38,994 bases of DNA from Elusimicrobiota bacterium (GTDB lineage: Bacteria > CG03 > SLGR01 > JBDRKX01). Location: NCBI GenBank assembly GCA_043813605.1, contig JBDRKX010000060.1, forward strand, positions 1 to 38,994, written 5' to 3'. The notes beneath the pieces were generated by a model that did not search any database, had not been told where the DNA came from, and saw only the letters and a list, made by a program, of their open reading frames with translations. How positions within the stretch are numbered: the first letter of the stretch is position 1; every line of letters begins with the position of its first letter. Below are positions 18,693-28,646 of this stretch, piece by piece. The position numbers and the translations under genes are program-made.

Positions 18693-19202
18693 CTACCCGC
18701 TCTTCTTTCTGTCAAAAGAAGTACCGAGCCGGAGATGCCTCAATACTTCACCGGATTTAATAAAAGCGCCGTTAGAACATCCTGTCACATTACAGAATGT
18801 TACGGAATTATTGAGATCTAATTCAGGTGTTAATCCTATCATCACCATATCAGCGTCGGGGCTGCAATTGCAGTTAACCAGTTTTTCCAGCATAACACCG
18901 CAATGCGGGCAGTAAAGCTCGTCCTTTACGCCTTCGGCCAGCTCACCCGAAAGTATGATCTTGTCAAAATCCCCCTCGACTGCCGAAATGACTATCTCAC
19001 CTTCGACACCGGGCCGTTTATATGCCATCCGTATGCCCGCGAACGAGTGTATCTTGTGTTCATCATCCATAAGACTGTGGCCTTTGGGACAGTATGCTTC
19101 GCTGACAACGTACCTGATATTCTCTTCTTCGGACTTATCACGGCTGTCTTTGCGTTCTTTTATGGGTATGATCCATCTCCCGTCTTTACTGAACCTTTCC
19201 AT
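18693..19202 (-). CDS. Cys-rich hypothetical protein, possibly metal-binding
   Basis: CPKGH, CPHC, CNC and CNVTGC clusters. Start placed at the ATG at 19202, which follows AAGGAGG. Confidence 0.7.
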   Translation of the reverse strand: MERFSKDGRWIIPIKERKDSRDKSEEENIRYVVSEAYCPKGHSLMDDEHKIHSFAGIRMAYKRPGVEGEIVISAVEGDFDKIILSGELAEGVKDELYCPHCGVMLEKLVNCNCSPDADMVMIGLTPELDLNNSVTFCNVTGCSNGAFIKSGEVLRHLRLGTSFDRKKSG

Positions 19203-19331
19203 TAGATCCTCCTTTACCTGTATAAACACAATGCAAGACTTTTTTCACGCTTATTCTATTCAGCTTTGAATAGCTGCGGCGGGCACTGCCGGAAGACTCG
19301 GGTTTTATCGATTCGCAGCATGCTATTCCCC

Positions 19332-20216
19332 CTATGCCATATAATGTCTGGTAATATCCTGAAACAGCATTGTATATCCCATATGTATATCATCATTAAA
19401 GAGAGGGGCACCGGAATAACCGATGATCTTTTCTTTTCCGTTTATTACGACTCTTGCTTCCTGCCTTTTCACAGGTTCTGTCAGTTTTGTTATTTTATCG
19501 ACAGCTTTCACAAATTCTTCGGGGCACCCCTTAAATACCTGGGAAAAAATTGTTCCGCGGATAATTTTATCATAATCCAGTCCTAGAACTTCGGCTGCAT
19601 AAGGACTCATCTCCAGTAACTTACCTTCAATATCCAGCATTATCAGACCCGTTGCCAGACTTCCGAGGAGAGCGTTAAGCAGTATTCTCTTATCTTCCAG
19701 TTTTTCTATCAGGTCCATATGGTCAATAGCAATACCCAGTTCACGGCCTATTACCGTTATAAACTCAAGATCTACCTCTACAAAAGGGCCTCCCAGTCTG
19801 TTAAGGAGCTCTATGGCCCCTATTGCCCGGCCTTTTGATGTAATCGGTGCGGCAATAAGATTTCTTGTTTCAAACCCTGTGGATTTATCTACCGATTTAT
19901 TGAATCTGTTATCTGCAACTGTTTTTTCCGCTTTTACCGGCTCGATATGTTCTACTGCCCAGCCGACGAACCCTTCTCCCACTTTGAAAACCTGCTTCCT
20001 GAGCTCTTCAACATTGATTCCGAACGAGGCAACAGGATACAGCGTCTCATCCGGCTGCCTTAGAAATATTGTTCCGCCTCCGCTGCTCATCGCATTTGCT
20101 ATCTTCGATAAACTGTAACTTATCAGTTCTTCAGTATTATTAATTGTGTGTATGCTGTGCATGATATCAAACAGCATCTTGAAATGGTACAACCCCAATT
20201 TTGTTTCCTGTGTCAT
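19332..20216 (-). CDS. GAF + PAS domain protein without an output domain
   Basis: GAF (GEGFVGWA, DNRFNKSVDKSTGFETRNLIAAPI, IGAIELLN) then PAS ending in FQDIT, five residues before the stop. Confidence 0.85.
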   Translation of the reverse strand: MTQETKLGLYHFKMLFDIMHSIHTINNTEELISYSLSKIANAMSSGGGTIFLRQPDETLYPVASFGINVEELRKQVFKVGEGFVGWAVEHIEPVKAEKTVADNRFNKSVDKSTGFETRNLIAAPITSKGRAIGAIELLNRLGGPFVEVDLEFITVIGRELGIAIDHMDLIEKLEDKRILLNALLGSLATGLIMLDIEGKLLEMSPYAAEVLGLDYDKIIRGTIFSQVFKGCPEEFVKAVDKITKLTEPVKRQEARVVINGKEKIIGYSGAPLFNDDIHMGYTMLFQDITRHYMA

Positions 20217-20315
20217 TTATCCCCCTGTTTAATTCTTTTCGACAGCATAGTTATATTAGTAAATGTTTCATCAGGATTCAATAATGGCCAGAAACAGTCA
20301 CGATCCATTTCCGGC

Positions 20316-21053
20316 TCACTTGCGGAGTGACGCTTTAGAAAAAATATGCTCTGGTATCTTTACGTCGAATTCTATTGAATCGATCACAAATTCAGTACCC
20401 GAGCTATTGCTCAGAGCATCTTTGAAAACCATTCTTTTAGGATACCAGCGGTCTTTCACTTTAAATACTTCGATGATCGTAAAAGTTTTCAATAATTTAC
20501 CGCTCTTTGCATAACGGTTCTCCTTAAGCGGCAGATACCGCTCTTTATCTACCCACATTTTTCGTGAGTGGTATGCAATATCGTCTTTTTTGGCCTTCAG
20601 TTCCAATATATAGCAATCGCGGCCATCAATATTTTCACTGCCCGCCAGATTAACATCATACATATTGGACAACACGGGGTCTTCCATATAATCCTCATAT
20701 GAGACATCGGAACCCATCATGGAACGCCTGAGCATATGGCCGGCAATTTTAATAATACGGTCTGTTGAAGGCGAGTATATCCACAATTCGTTCCCCGACT
20801 TAAGCATCTTGGTACCTTGCTCACGGGGAGGAGACAGGTATTCTGTAAAAGATTTATCCATACCTTCTATCCATGATTCAGCCTTTAATGTGCGTGTGTT
20901 TCTTTTCCCTTTTATTATCATTGTTGAAACACTTCTGCGGTTTTTGGCGACATAATTGTCATCGACTTTTTCAAGGATATCATTTCCCGTGAGCTTTTCA
21001 GCATAGAGAATACTACAGTTTAAAAGCAACATAAATGTTAATAACCATTTCAT
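20316..21053 (-). CDS. LolA-like outer-membrane lipoprotein-sorting protein (TP_0789-like)
   Basis: Signal peptide, EYLSPPREQGTKML, LWIYSPS...RIIKI, MMGSDVSYED, YHSRKMWVD, GKLLK. Confidence 0.85.
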   Translation of the reverse strand: MKWLLTFMLLLNCSILYAEKLTGNDILEKVDDNYVAKNRRSVSTMIIKGKRNTRTLKAESWIEGMDKSFTEYLSPPREQGTKMLKSGNELWIYSPSTDRIIKIAGHMLRRSMMGSDVSYEDYMEDPVLSNMYDVNLAGSENIDGRDCYILELKAKKDDIAYHSRKMWVDKERYLPLKENRYAKSGKLLKTFTIIEVFKVKDRWYPKRMVFKDALSNSSGTEFVIDSIEFDVKIPEHIFSKASLRK

Positions 21054-21115
21054 GTTTTATTATTTCCCTTTTATCCTATTTGATACTGATTCAGCGTTTA
21101 TAATTTATATCTTTT

Positions 21116-21146
21116 CTTACAGCTTATAACTTATAGCTTACAACTA
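21116..21146. repeat. Heptamer tandem array (CTTACAG-type on +), 4 units
   Basis: cttacag cttataa cttatag cttacaa cta, 3 nt after the permease stop codon on the mRNA. Confidence 0.85.
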
Positions 21147-21149
21147 TTT

Positions 21150-22421
21150 CTATACTTCCAGCTCCTTGAACAACTGGGATGTCTGTCTCCTATATATCCC
21201 TATCCCTGCAAACATCGTACCTATAACCGATGCAAATACCCCGGGTAAGAATCCTATATAAAAAGTGGCCGGTGTTACACGCGTCCGGATTACATTGTAT
21301 ATCAGCATGCTCGACTTCTGCATCATAGAGCTAAAATCAAATCCCTTGACCTGGAGGTAGTATACAATTGCAGATCCGAATATCGTTCCGAGTACAGAAC
21401 CCGCAAACCCTATGGCTACCGATTCGAGTATCATCCTCCTGTATATACTGCCCTTGGGCTCTCCCATGGCAAGCCTTACGCCTATTTCACCGTACCTTCT
21501 AAGCCCGTTCATCAACCCGGCGTTCCAGAGCACTATGGACATGGCACTTAGAAAGATCAGGGTTATTATTTTTGCAAAGACCATACCCAGATTAACATAT
21601 TCTCCGAGCCCGTTCTGCTGACCCAGCGTGAGCATCACAGGAGAGAAGGGATCGCCATCAGAAATACTGCTGTTATACTCTTCGGCAAGGCTCATCATTT
21701 CAGCATTCCTGTAAATCATATCTTTTTTAAAACCAAGGATCTCGCTTGCGCCGTCCGGCATATCCAATGCAATCTGTATGTCCCTGATATCGGCGATGAT
21801 CGCGCCTTTATCCATAACCGACATACCGAAGTGTACCATTCCTGATACAATAAAATTATGCATGGCCATTGAACCGTTCATAGTCGAACTTATCAATGTT
21901 GCCGTCTGTCCGGTCTTTATATCAAGTTTTTCAGCAAATTCTTTACTGATCAGTATCTCATTTTCTTTTTGCGGCAATTTCCCCTCCGCAAGTGCTTTGT
22001 GAAGGTTCAGTATCTCAATCTCGGGAGTTTCCTTGCCGCGCAGGTCGATCCCGAATCCGAATACAGGTCCCTGTGAACGTGTTTCTCCTTTTTCATCCGG
22101 TATATCAATCAATCCCCCGAAACGTATCCTGGGCGTCCATGTAATATCATTTCTGCTGTTTTTACGCTCTTCGAGGATCTTTTTGACACTAAGCAGTGCC
22201 AGATCATTGGGCATCTGGTCTGCCAATTCCCGGTATGCGACTGTAATGATCTTTACATGCCCTGTATCAAACTGCGCATTGGCTCCTATAATTCCGTCAA
22301 AAGCCCCTTTTATCCAGCCATGAAGGAATACAGTTATAAAAACACCGGCTGCAACCATCAATACGGGAAAAAAGCTCCTTGACCGGTCTCTTATTAATCC
22401 TTTTAGTAGAAACCTGATCAT
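21150..22421 (-). CDS. FtsX-like (LolC/E-type) ABC permease
   Basis: One TM, large extracytoplasmic domain, RRYGEIGVRLAMG, three C-terminal TMs. Confidence 0.88.
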   Translation of the reverse strand: MIRFLLKGLIRDRSRSFFPVLMVAAGVFITVFLHGWIKGAFDGIIGANAQFDTGHVKIITVAYRELADQMPNDLALLSVKKILEERKNSRNDITWTPRIRFGGLIDIPDEKGETRSQGPVFGFGIDLRGKETPEIEILNLHKALAEGKLPQKENEILISKEFAEKLDIKTGQTATLISSTMNGSMAMHNFIVSGMVHFGMSVMDKGAIIADIRDIQIALDMPDGASEILGFKKDMIYRNAEMMSLAEEYNSSISDGDPFSPVMLTLGQQNGLGEYVNLGMVFAKIITLIFLSAMSIVLWNAGLMNGLRRYGEIGVRLAMGEPKGSIYRRMILESVAIGFAGSVLGTIFGSAIVYYLQVKGFDFSSMMQKSSMLIYNVIRTRVTPATFYIGFLPGVFASVIGTMFAGIGIYRRQTSQLFKELEV

Positions 22422-23593
22422 GCTATTTTTCCTTTTAAGGCCTCTGTCGGGTTCAGTTTTGAGATTTTGCGGCTCGGCAGATAACTTACAATCGTTACCG
22501 TCACCATAACAATGAATACTGTTATCAGTATAAGGCCTGCGGAATATATCGGGAATATTCTGTCTGAAAGGGCGAAACCATATTCTTCTATCGTTTCAAC
22601 AGGAAAACCCATGCCTGTTTTTGCAAACCAGTAAATAAAAGGCGCGCCGTATACTGCCGCTGCCGCCGCCGCAAGTATCCCGTGCATCGCGCCCTCAAGT
22701 GTAAATAGAGATACCACATGCTTGCGCGTCATACCAAGAGATATCAGAGTGCCTATTTCTTTCCTCCTCCTGAAGATCGAAAGGATCTGAGTATCAAAAA
22801 TCGCAAGCAGCGCCAGGAACAAGAGTATAACATACATGATACTCCCACCGACCCTCTTTGACATTATCATCTCATCCATATCTCTCAGAAGGAACTTATG
22901 GTCTCTGAATACCCAATTATTCATATCAGTCCGGGGGGCAATATCACGGTCTACAACGATCACAGTCGCCTCATCTTTTAATCCTGTCATCTCGCGAAGC
23001 TTTTCAATAGGAACCCATAATTGCCCCTTATCTATTCCCGGCACCAATGTACGCATTATCTCAACTACTTCGCCTTCGACCGCATCAAATGTCCCGTGTA
23101 CATCTCTCCACCGTATTGTAATGTTATCACCGATATTTAACTGGATATTCTTTGCCATCCGTTGTCCTATTAACACCGGCAGGACTTTTTCTTCGGCACC
23201 CAGTTTGGCGGTCGGCATATCAAGAACAGTCTGGCCGGGATCAATTCCCCGGATCAGAACCGACTGCATTCTACCGGCGGGATATATAGCGCCCTGCCTT
23301 ATCAGCACGGGTACTGCTTTTTTGTTTTGTATGTTATCGGTTATTTCCGGAGGTACTGCACTGTGGCTGTCATCAATGGTAAGCGGATCAAAAGGGTCGT
23401 AATCTTCGTGCCAGTACTGTCCCCCGGCAATCTCCTCTTCTATCACGGCCCTTGTCCCCTGTTCATACATGCCGGTGAATAAACCCTGATGCCAGATGAT
23501 AAGCACGTATATAAATGACAGCACCGCGACATTGAGCCAGGTTCTGAGTCCCGCTCCTTTTATGTTCCTGTATGCCAACCTGAAAATTATCAT
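22418..23593 (-). CDS. FtsX-like (LolC/E-type) ABC permease
   Basis: LAYRNI..AGLRTWL, RRRKEIGTLISLG, YLPSRKISKLNPTEALK. Confidence 0.9.
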   Translation of the reverse strand: MIIFRLAYRNIKGAGLRTWLNVAVLSFIYVLIIWHQGLFTGMYEQGTRAVIEEEIAGGQYWHEDYDPFDPLTIDDSHSAVPPEITDNIQNKKAVPVLIRQGAIYPAGRMQSVLIRGIDPGQTVLDMPTAKLGAEEKVLPVLIGQRMAKNIQLNIGDNITIRWRDVHGTFDAVEGEVVEIMRTLVPGIDKGQLWVPIEKLREMTGLKDEATVIVVDRDIAPRTDMNNWVFRDHKFLLRDMDEMIMSKRVGGSIMYVILLFLALLAIFDTQILSIFRRRKEIGTLISLGMTRKHVVSLFTLEGAMHGILAAAAAAVYGAPFIYWFAKTGMGFPVETIEEYGFALSDRIFPIYSAGLILITVFIVMVTVTIVSYLPSRKISKLNPTEALKGKIA

Positions 23594-23608
23594 CCGCGGC
23601 TCCCCTGA

Positions 23609-24295
23609 TTAACCCGCGACTTCATCTCTGGCGATCCTGCCGTCAATTAAATGTATCTTCCTTTTCAGATAGCTGATCACCTTTTCATCATGGGTAGCGA
23701 AAACAAAAGTAGTTTTCAGTTCCTGATTCAGTTTTACCATCATCTTCAGTATATTATGCGAGTTTTCGGCATCCAGGTTTGCAGTAGGCTCATCGGCAAG
23801 CACAAGTTCAGGCCGTTTTACAATCGCACGGGCAATCGCCACACGCTGCGACTCTCCTCCGGAAAGCTGGGCAGGCCTTGATTTTGCCTTTTCAGTCAAA
23901 CCGACCCATTCCAGTGCATCTTCGACTTTTTTCTTTCTTTCTTCTTCCGGCATTTTCATGATCAAAAGAGGAAACTCTACATTTTCAAATACCGTATACA
24001 CCGGCAGAAGATTATATGTCTGGAAAATAAAACCCATATGTTTCCGCCGCAACCTCGCAGCTTCGATGTTAGATAGATCCTCTATCTTCTTATCCAGCAC
24101 GGTAGCGCTTCCTTCAGATGGCATATCGAGTGAGCCTATAATATTAAGCAGCGTGGTTTTTCCTGAACCGCTAGGGCCGATAAGGCCGCAATACTCTCCT
24201 TCCTCAACCGACAGGTCTATACCTTTCAAGGCGGTGAATTCCGACCGGCCCATTGGATATCTCTTTACCATTTTCTCCAATTTTATCAATGCCAT
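23609..24295 (-). CDS. LolD/MacB-type ABC ATP-binding protein
   Basis: [46 protein letters not shown]. Confidence 0.93.
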   Translation of the reverse strand: MALIKLEKMVKRYPMGRSEFTALKGIDLSVEEGEYCGLIGPSGSGKTTLLNIIGSLDMPSEGSATVLDKKIEDLSNIEAARLRRKHMGFIFQTYNLLPVYTVFENVEFPLLIMKMPEEERKKKVEDALEWVGLTEKAKSRPAQLSGGESQRVAIARAIVKRPELVLADEPTANLDAENSHNILKMMVKLNQELKTTFVFATHDEKVISYLKRKIHLIDGRIARDEVAG

Positions 24296-24339
24296 TCTTT
24301 ATCTCCCTTTCATTAAATATCATTTATCATTATATCTAT

Positions 24340-25467
24340 TTAATAGACATATGTAACCATGAAACGCCCGCCGCTGCCGCTGTATGACCCCTCATCCGCT
24401 TCTTCAGCAGAAAACAGGTACAGGTTAAAGAGCCAGTTATCATATGCCCGTTCCCAGCCGGCATAAGTGCTGGTGTCACTTCTGTCCCAGTCATAGTAGG
24501 CTATTGCGGTGATCGAGTCGAACATACTTAGACTAAAATCCATTGAAACGGCCGTAATTCTACCCGCATTTCTCAAGCGGTATATTTCTCTGCCTTCAGT
24601 TTTCAGAAAATGCTCACACAGGACATGTATCCCGGGACCGGCACCTACGGTATAATCGGCTCCTGCAGTAAGATATTCCTGCCACAGTGATTCATCTTTA
24701 TCTATCCTTATTTCGCTGAGTGCGGTTTCAAACCACAGCCCCGGGCCCAGATCCCATATGCCGTCAACTCCACAACGGAATTCTCTGCCATCCTGTAAAC
24801 TGCCGTATGATAAGGAGTCCCATTCCGTTGTGCCGATATGCCTTCCGTGAAGGGTCAGAGCTATTTCGCCTGAAGGAACAGGTACTTGTACACGGCCGCC
24901 TAATTCGGGATGATCTTTTTTTGAATCGAACAATTCCAGTCCCTTTCGGCCGTTGTTTCCATGAAGAGCCCATAACCACACATTGGCGTTATTTATAAAA
25001 TAATACCTTGCCAATATCCCCCATACTCCCATTGTGATCCCCATCGGATCGCGTACATCAATATTATCAAACCACCTGAGCGTGCGCAGTATCCTCGCAG
25101 GCCCGAAATTTATCTTCTGCAGGCCGGCCCTTATTTCAAATTGAGACGGCGCATACCGCATCCAGGCCCTGTAAAAACCCACATCCTTATTGTCTATAAA
25201 ACCGCTGATCGAATCTGCCGGCCACCATGTTGACATATGAAGAGAAACTTCCATATCCATTATCGCCCCCTGTCCGGACAGATGTTCCAATCTGAGTTCC
25301 GGTATCTCTCTCAGACCCAGCTGCCATTCATCCCTGCATTCACCCCATATCGACATCCTGCTTCCAAATGAGATCCCGCCTGTTTCAAACGGGTGCGCCG
25401 CTAACGGAAATGCCGATATCAGGAATATCGCGATAATATGTCTTTTAAAATATTTCTTAAATTGCAT
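24340..25467 (-). CDS. Putative outer-membrane beta-barrel protein
   Basis: Signal peptide, W/Y/F-rich alternating strands, [11 protein letters not shown] motif, C-terminal beta-signal-like MVTYVY. Confidence 0.6.
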   Translation of the reverse strand: MQFKKYFKRHIIAIFLISAFPLAAHPFETGGISFGSRMSIWGECRDEWQLGLREIPELRLEHLSGQGAIMDMEVSLHMSTWWPADSISGFIDNKDVGFYRAWMRYAPSQFEIRAGLQKINFGPARILRTLRWFDNIDVRDPMGITMGVWGILARYYFINNANVWLWALHGNNGRKGLELFDSKKDHPELGGRVQVPVPSGEIALTLHGRHIGTTEWDSLSYGSLQDGREFRCGVDGIWDLGPGLWFETALSEIRIDKDESLWQEYLTAGADYTVGAGPGIHVLCEHFLKTEGREIYRLRNAGRITAVSMDFSLSMFDSITAIAYYDWDRSDTSTYAGWERAYDNWLFNLYLFSAEEADEGSYSGSGGRFMVTYVY

Positions 25468-25549
25468 CTGATTATATTTAATACATTTCTATGTATACGC
25501 GGGACCGGCTTAGGTTTCTCCATTACAAAACCACGATAATGCTTTACGC

Positions 25550-26233
25550 TTATTCTGCTTGACTGACAAATATCAGTACAAACTTAACAGCCTCATCGTT
25601 GTCTTTTACGGGCAGTAGTTTAAGTGAGAGTTCTTTCTTTGATTTACGTATCGGCAGTTGTAATGCCACTCTGCCTTCCTGCGGGACTTTCTTCTCGCTG
25701 ACCACGCTGTCAAAAAGCGCCATGAATTTACTGTTACCATCCTGCTTTCTCATTGTTTCAAACGGGATTTTTTCTTTCTTTACTTCAAAAAGCTCCTGCG
25801 AAGCCAGGTTGAACTGAAAAATCCCTTTTTCAATATCCGCAATGATTATCGCTTCTTCTACCGTACGGCATATCATATCTATCATCCTGTAACTGAATCC
25901 CACTCTTTCGGCCCGCATCTTATCGTACACCCTTAATTGGTCACCGGCTTTATTGATAAGCTGCGCAAGCTTTGTAACTTCGTCGTTTATCCTTTCGCTT
26001 ACGGAAATCCCTGTTTCATAATTTCCCGCAAGCAAGTACCTGAAAAATCTTGTTACCTGCTTATTGAAAGAGAACATTCTTACAGTTATATACACCCATG
26101 AGAATGCCCCCAGCATGAACAGGCCATGCAAAAGATATCCGGGAACGGTCTTACCTAAAACCAGCAGCAGATATACAATAGCAAAAGACAGTATCAAAAA
26201 GACCCACAATAATTTTAAAAGGTTCTTTATCAT
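25550..26233 (-). CDS. Membrane protein with 2 TM, HAMP-like and PAS-like regions, no output domain
   Basis: GNYETGI...DEVTKLAQLINK (HAMP-like); VEEAIIIAD...FQFNLASQELF (PAS-like). Starts 3 nt after the ktrA stop. Confidence 0.6.
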   Translation of the reverse strand: MIKNLLKLLWVFLILSFAIVYLLLVLGKTVPGYLLHGLFMLGAFSWVYITVRMFSFNKQVTRFFRYLLAGNYETGISVSERINDEVTKLAQLINKAGDQLRVYDKMRAERVGFSYRMIDMICRTVEEAIIIADIEKGIFQFNLASQELFEVKKEKIPFETMRKQDGNSKFMALFDSVVSEKKVPQEGRVALQLPIRKSKKELSLKLLPVKDNDEAVKFVLIFVSQAE

Positions 26234-26236
26234 GAC

Positions 26237-26923
26237 CTATTGCTTTGAGAATTTATCTATATCACTGTCCGCGCCCACTACCAGGAGAATATCTCCTTCT
26301 TCAAGCGGCTTATCCGGGGACGGCACATCATCTATTACTTCTTCAAACTCTCTTTCTCCCAGCTCGTTGATACTCGGTTTATTCTTTTTTATAGCTACGA
26401 TATTCACCATAAAATTTTCTCTTGGCTTGATCTTCCTTATCGTTTTATCTATAAATCCTTTCGGTATAACGACCTCGGCAATACTGTGGCCCGGGGCAAT
26501 AGGTATATGTTTGGCTATATTCACCGAAATAAGGCTGTTCGCAACGATCTTCCCCATCTCTTCTTCCAGATTGATAACATTGTCGACTTCAAGCGCTTCT
26601 ATGATCTCTTTCTGCAGGGGGCTTATGGCCCTTGACCATATTTTTTTAACACCCATCTTTTTCAGAAGCACAGTTGTCAGAAGATTTGCTTCTATGTCCT
26701 CTCCTATACAGACCAATGCTATGTCTACATTCTGTATGCCGATAGCTCTCAGGGCATTTTCATCTGTCGTGTCTATTCCCACAGAATAAGTGACCGAATC
26801 CTTGATCTCTTCCACTTTTTCGGGTCTGTTGTCTACGGCTATTACGTCTGCGCCTTTAGCAGTGAGTTCTCTTGCTACCGTACGGCCGAACTTGCCTAGA
26901 CCTATAATCGCTATTTGTCGCAT
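26237..26923 (-). CDS. ktrA: KtrA/TrkA potassium uptake regulatory subunit
   Basis: RCK_N GLGKFG nucleotide-binding motif, VCIGEDIEAN, and an RCK_C domain. Confidence 0.9.
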   Translation of the reverse strand: MRQIAIIGLGKFGRTVARELTAKGADVIAVDNRPEKVEEIKDSVTYSVGIDTTDENALRAIGIQNVDIALVCIGEDIEANLLTTVLLKKMGVKKIWSRAISPLQKEIIEALEVDNVINLEEEMGKIVANSLISVNIAKHIPIAPGHSIAEVVIPKGFIDKTIRKIKPRENFMVNIVAIKKNKPSINELGEREFEEVIDDVPSPDKPLEEGDILLVVGADSDIDKFSKQ

Positions 26924-26945
26924 AAATATTGATCCTCCTTATTAA

Positions 26946-28646
26946 TCAGCCTATCATAACACGCTCTTCGGCATAGAAATATTTCGGCGGCCGCTTATGT
27001 GAGAGAACAGCATACCCTATCATAAGAGGCCCCATTCTGCCGATGAACATCAGAATAGTTATCAGTATCTTTCCTTTCCTGCTCAGATCAGGCGTTATCC
27101 CGGTGGATAAACCTACTGTACCAAAAGCGCTTACTGTTTCAAATAATATATCCAGAAAAAGTTTTTTTTCAAAATACAGAAGCAGCACGGTAAAAACAGC
27201 GACAACAGATATTGATACGGCGAGCAGACTGACTGCTTTCTGTATGACAATAGCCGGTATTGTCCTCTTATAGGCCTCGACATTATTCCTGTTCCTGAAA
27301 CTGCTTACGATTGTCGCCCACAGCACAAAAACAGTAGTTGTTTTTATCCCCCCGCCTGTCGAGGCAGGCGAAGCCCCGATAAACATCAGGAGAATGATTA
27401 TAAAAAGCGAAGCTGCTGACATGCCGCCGATACTGCAGCTGTTAAAACCCGCTGTTCTGGCTGTAACTGACTGGAAAAAAGACAGCACCCAGCTCCCGTA
27501 CTGTCCGGTACCTGCAAAAGAATTTGTCTTCTCAAAAAAATAGATGCTGATACTGCCTATCAGTATCAGCAGAAAACTCATCAACAGGACTATTTTTGTC
27601 TGCACTTTCAGTCTTATGGCCTTCCTGCTGTTTCTTGTTATCCTATTAACTATTTTGTCATAAAAATTCTTTATCACCGGGAACCCTATCCCGCCCGATA
27701 TTATAAGAACGCTTATTGTGATATTGGTAACCGTATCCGTACCGAAACGGGTCAAACTGTCGCTGAATGTAGAAAATCCGGCGTTACAAAAAGCCGATAC
27801 TGAATGGAACAGTGCATAATACCCTGTTACCAATGCGTCGGGAAACCGGTTCTTCCAGGCAAAAAACAACAAAACAGCGCCGGCGAACTCGATAAGAAGC
27901 GTCATTTTCACAATAAAAGCGGTAAGGTTCCTGGCAGAAGAAATTGTCTCCTGGTCCAGAATATCCTGCATCGCCGCCTGTTGCTTTATATCTACATGTT
28001 TTCCCAGTATGAGCGCCAGAGATATAGAGAAGGTCATTATCCCGAGTCCGCCTAGCTGTATCAGCGCCAGTATAACACTCTGCCCGAAGATACTGAAATA
28101 AGTCCCGGTATCCCTCACAACCAAGCCCGTAACGCATGTTGCCGATGTCGCCGTAAACAGGGCATCAACCAGAGATGTCCTTGCTCCGGATACCGTCGCC
28201 GCGGGAAGCATCAGCAGTATGGCTCCAAAACCGACAGTGAACGAAAAACTGATTATCATCAGCTGCGCCGGTTTGAGATGCAGAAGGGTCAGCAGTTTCT
28301 GTGCCTTCCTTGTCCTTGATATCAGCATTGTTATAATGACTATCTGCCAGACAATGACGGAAAACGGTATATGCTCAATGCCCCGGATGAATTGTACAAG
28401 CGGCACAAAAACTATCAGGTCGAACCAGTTGTATTTCAGATGTTCTTTTTTGTCTTTACTGATGATTATTCTCAGCAATACGTCTGATATGAAGACCGTA
28501 AGGATCGAAAGGTTAATTATCTTTATCGGAACAGCATACCGGGAAAAATATGCAGTATTCTCTATTAATAGAAGCAAAAAAGCGAAGACAGCTACCGCTC
28601 CTATGAAATAGTCCAGGTCTTTCGTTTTAAGTGTCTTTTTCCTCAT
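26946..28646 (-). CDS. ktrB: KtrB/TrkH potassium uptake membrane subunit with an extra N-terminal Ion_trans-like segment
   Basis: Four pore loops ATCVTGL, FCNAGF, ARTAGF, FGTVGL; GGGIKTT; MFIGRMG. Start is probably the ATG at 28646, overlapping the end of mscS. Confidence 0.9.
   Translation of the reverse strand: MRKKTLKTKDLDYFIGAVAVFAFLLLLIENTAYFSRYAVPIKIINLSILTVFISDVLLRIIISKDKKEHLKYNWFDLIVFVPLVQFIRGIEHIPFSVIVWQIVIITMLISRTRKAQKLLTLLHLKPAQLMIISFSFTVGFGAILLMLPAATVSGARTSLVDALFTATSATCVTGLVVRDTGTYFSIFGQSVILALIQLGGLGIMTFSISLALILGKHVDIKQQAAMQDILDQETISSARNLTAFIVKMTLLIEFAGAVLLFFAWKNRFPDALVTGYYALFHSVSAFCNAGFSTFSDSLTRFGTDTVTNITISVLIISGGIGFPVIKNFYDKIVNRITRNSRKAIRLKVQTKIVLLMSFLLILIGSISIYFFEKTNSFAGTGQYGSWVLSFFQSVTARTAGFNSCSIGGMSAASLFIIILLMFIGASPASTGGGIKTTTVFVLWATIVSSFRNRNNVEAYKRTIPAIVIQKAVSLLAVSISVVAVFTVLLLYFEKKLFLDILFETVSAFGTVGLSTGITPDLSRKGKILITILMFIGRMGPLMIGYAVLSHKRPPKYFYAEERVMIG

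Noticed and set aside
20316..24295. Assigning lolA/lolC/lolD/lolE gene symbols
   Set aside because: Only family-level resemblance; the linked barrel gene and TP_0789-like carrier make orthology uncertain.
14477..26789. Long plus-strand ORFs (14477..15118, 17612..18211, 22836..23402, 26064..26789 and similar)
   Set aside because: Antisense shadows of clearly recognisable minus-strand genes, with no protein motifs of their own.
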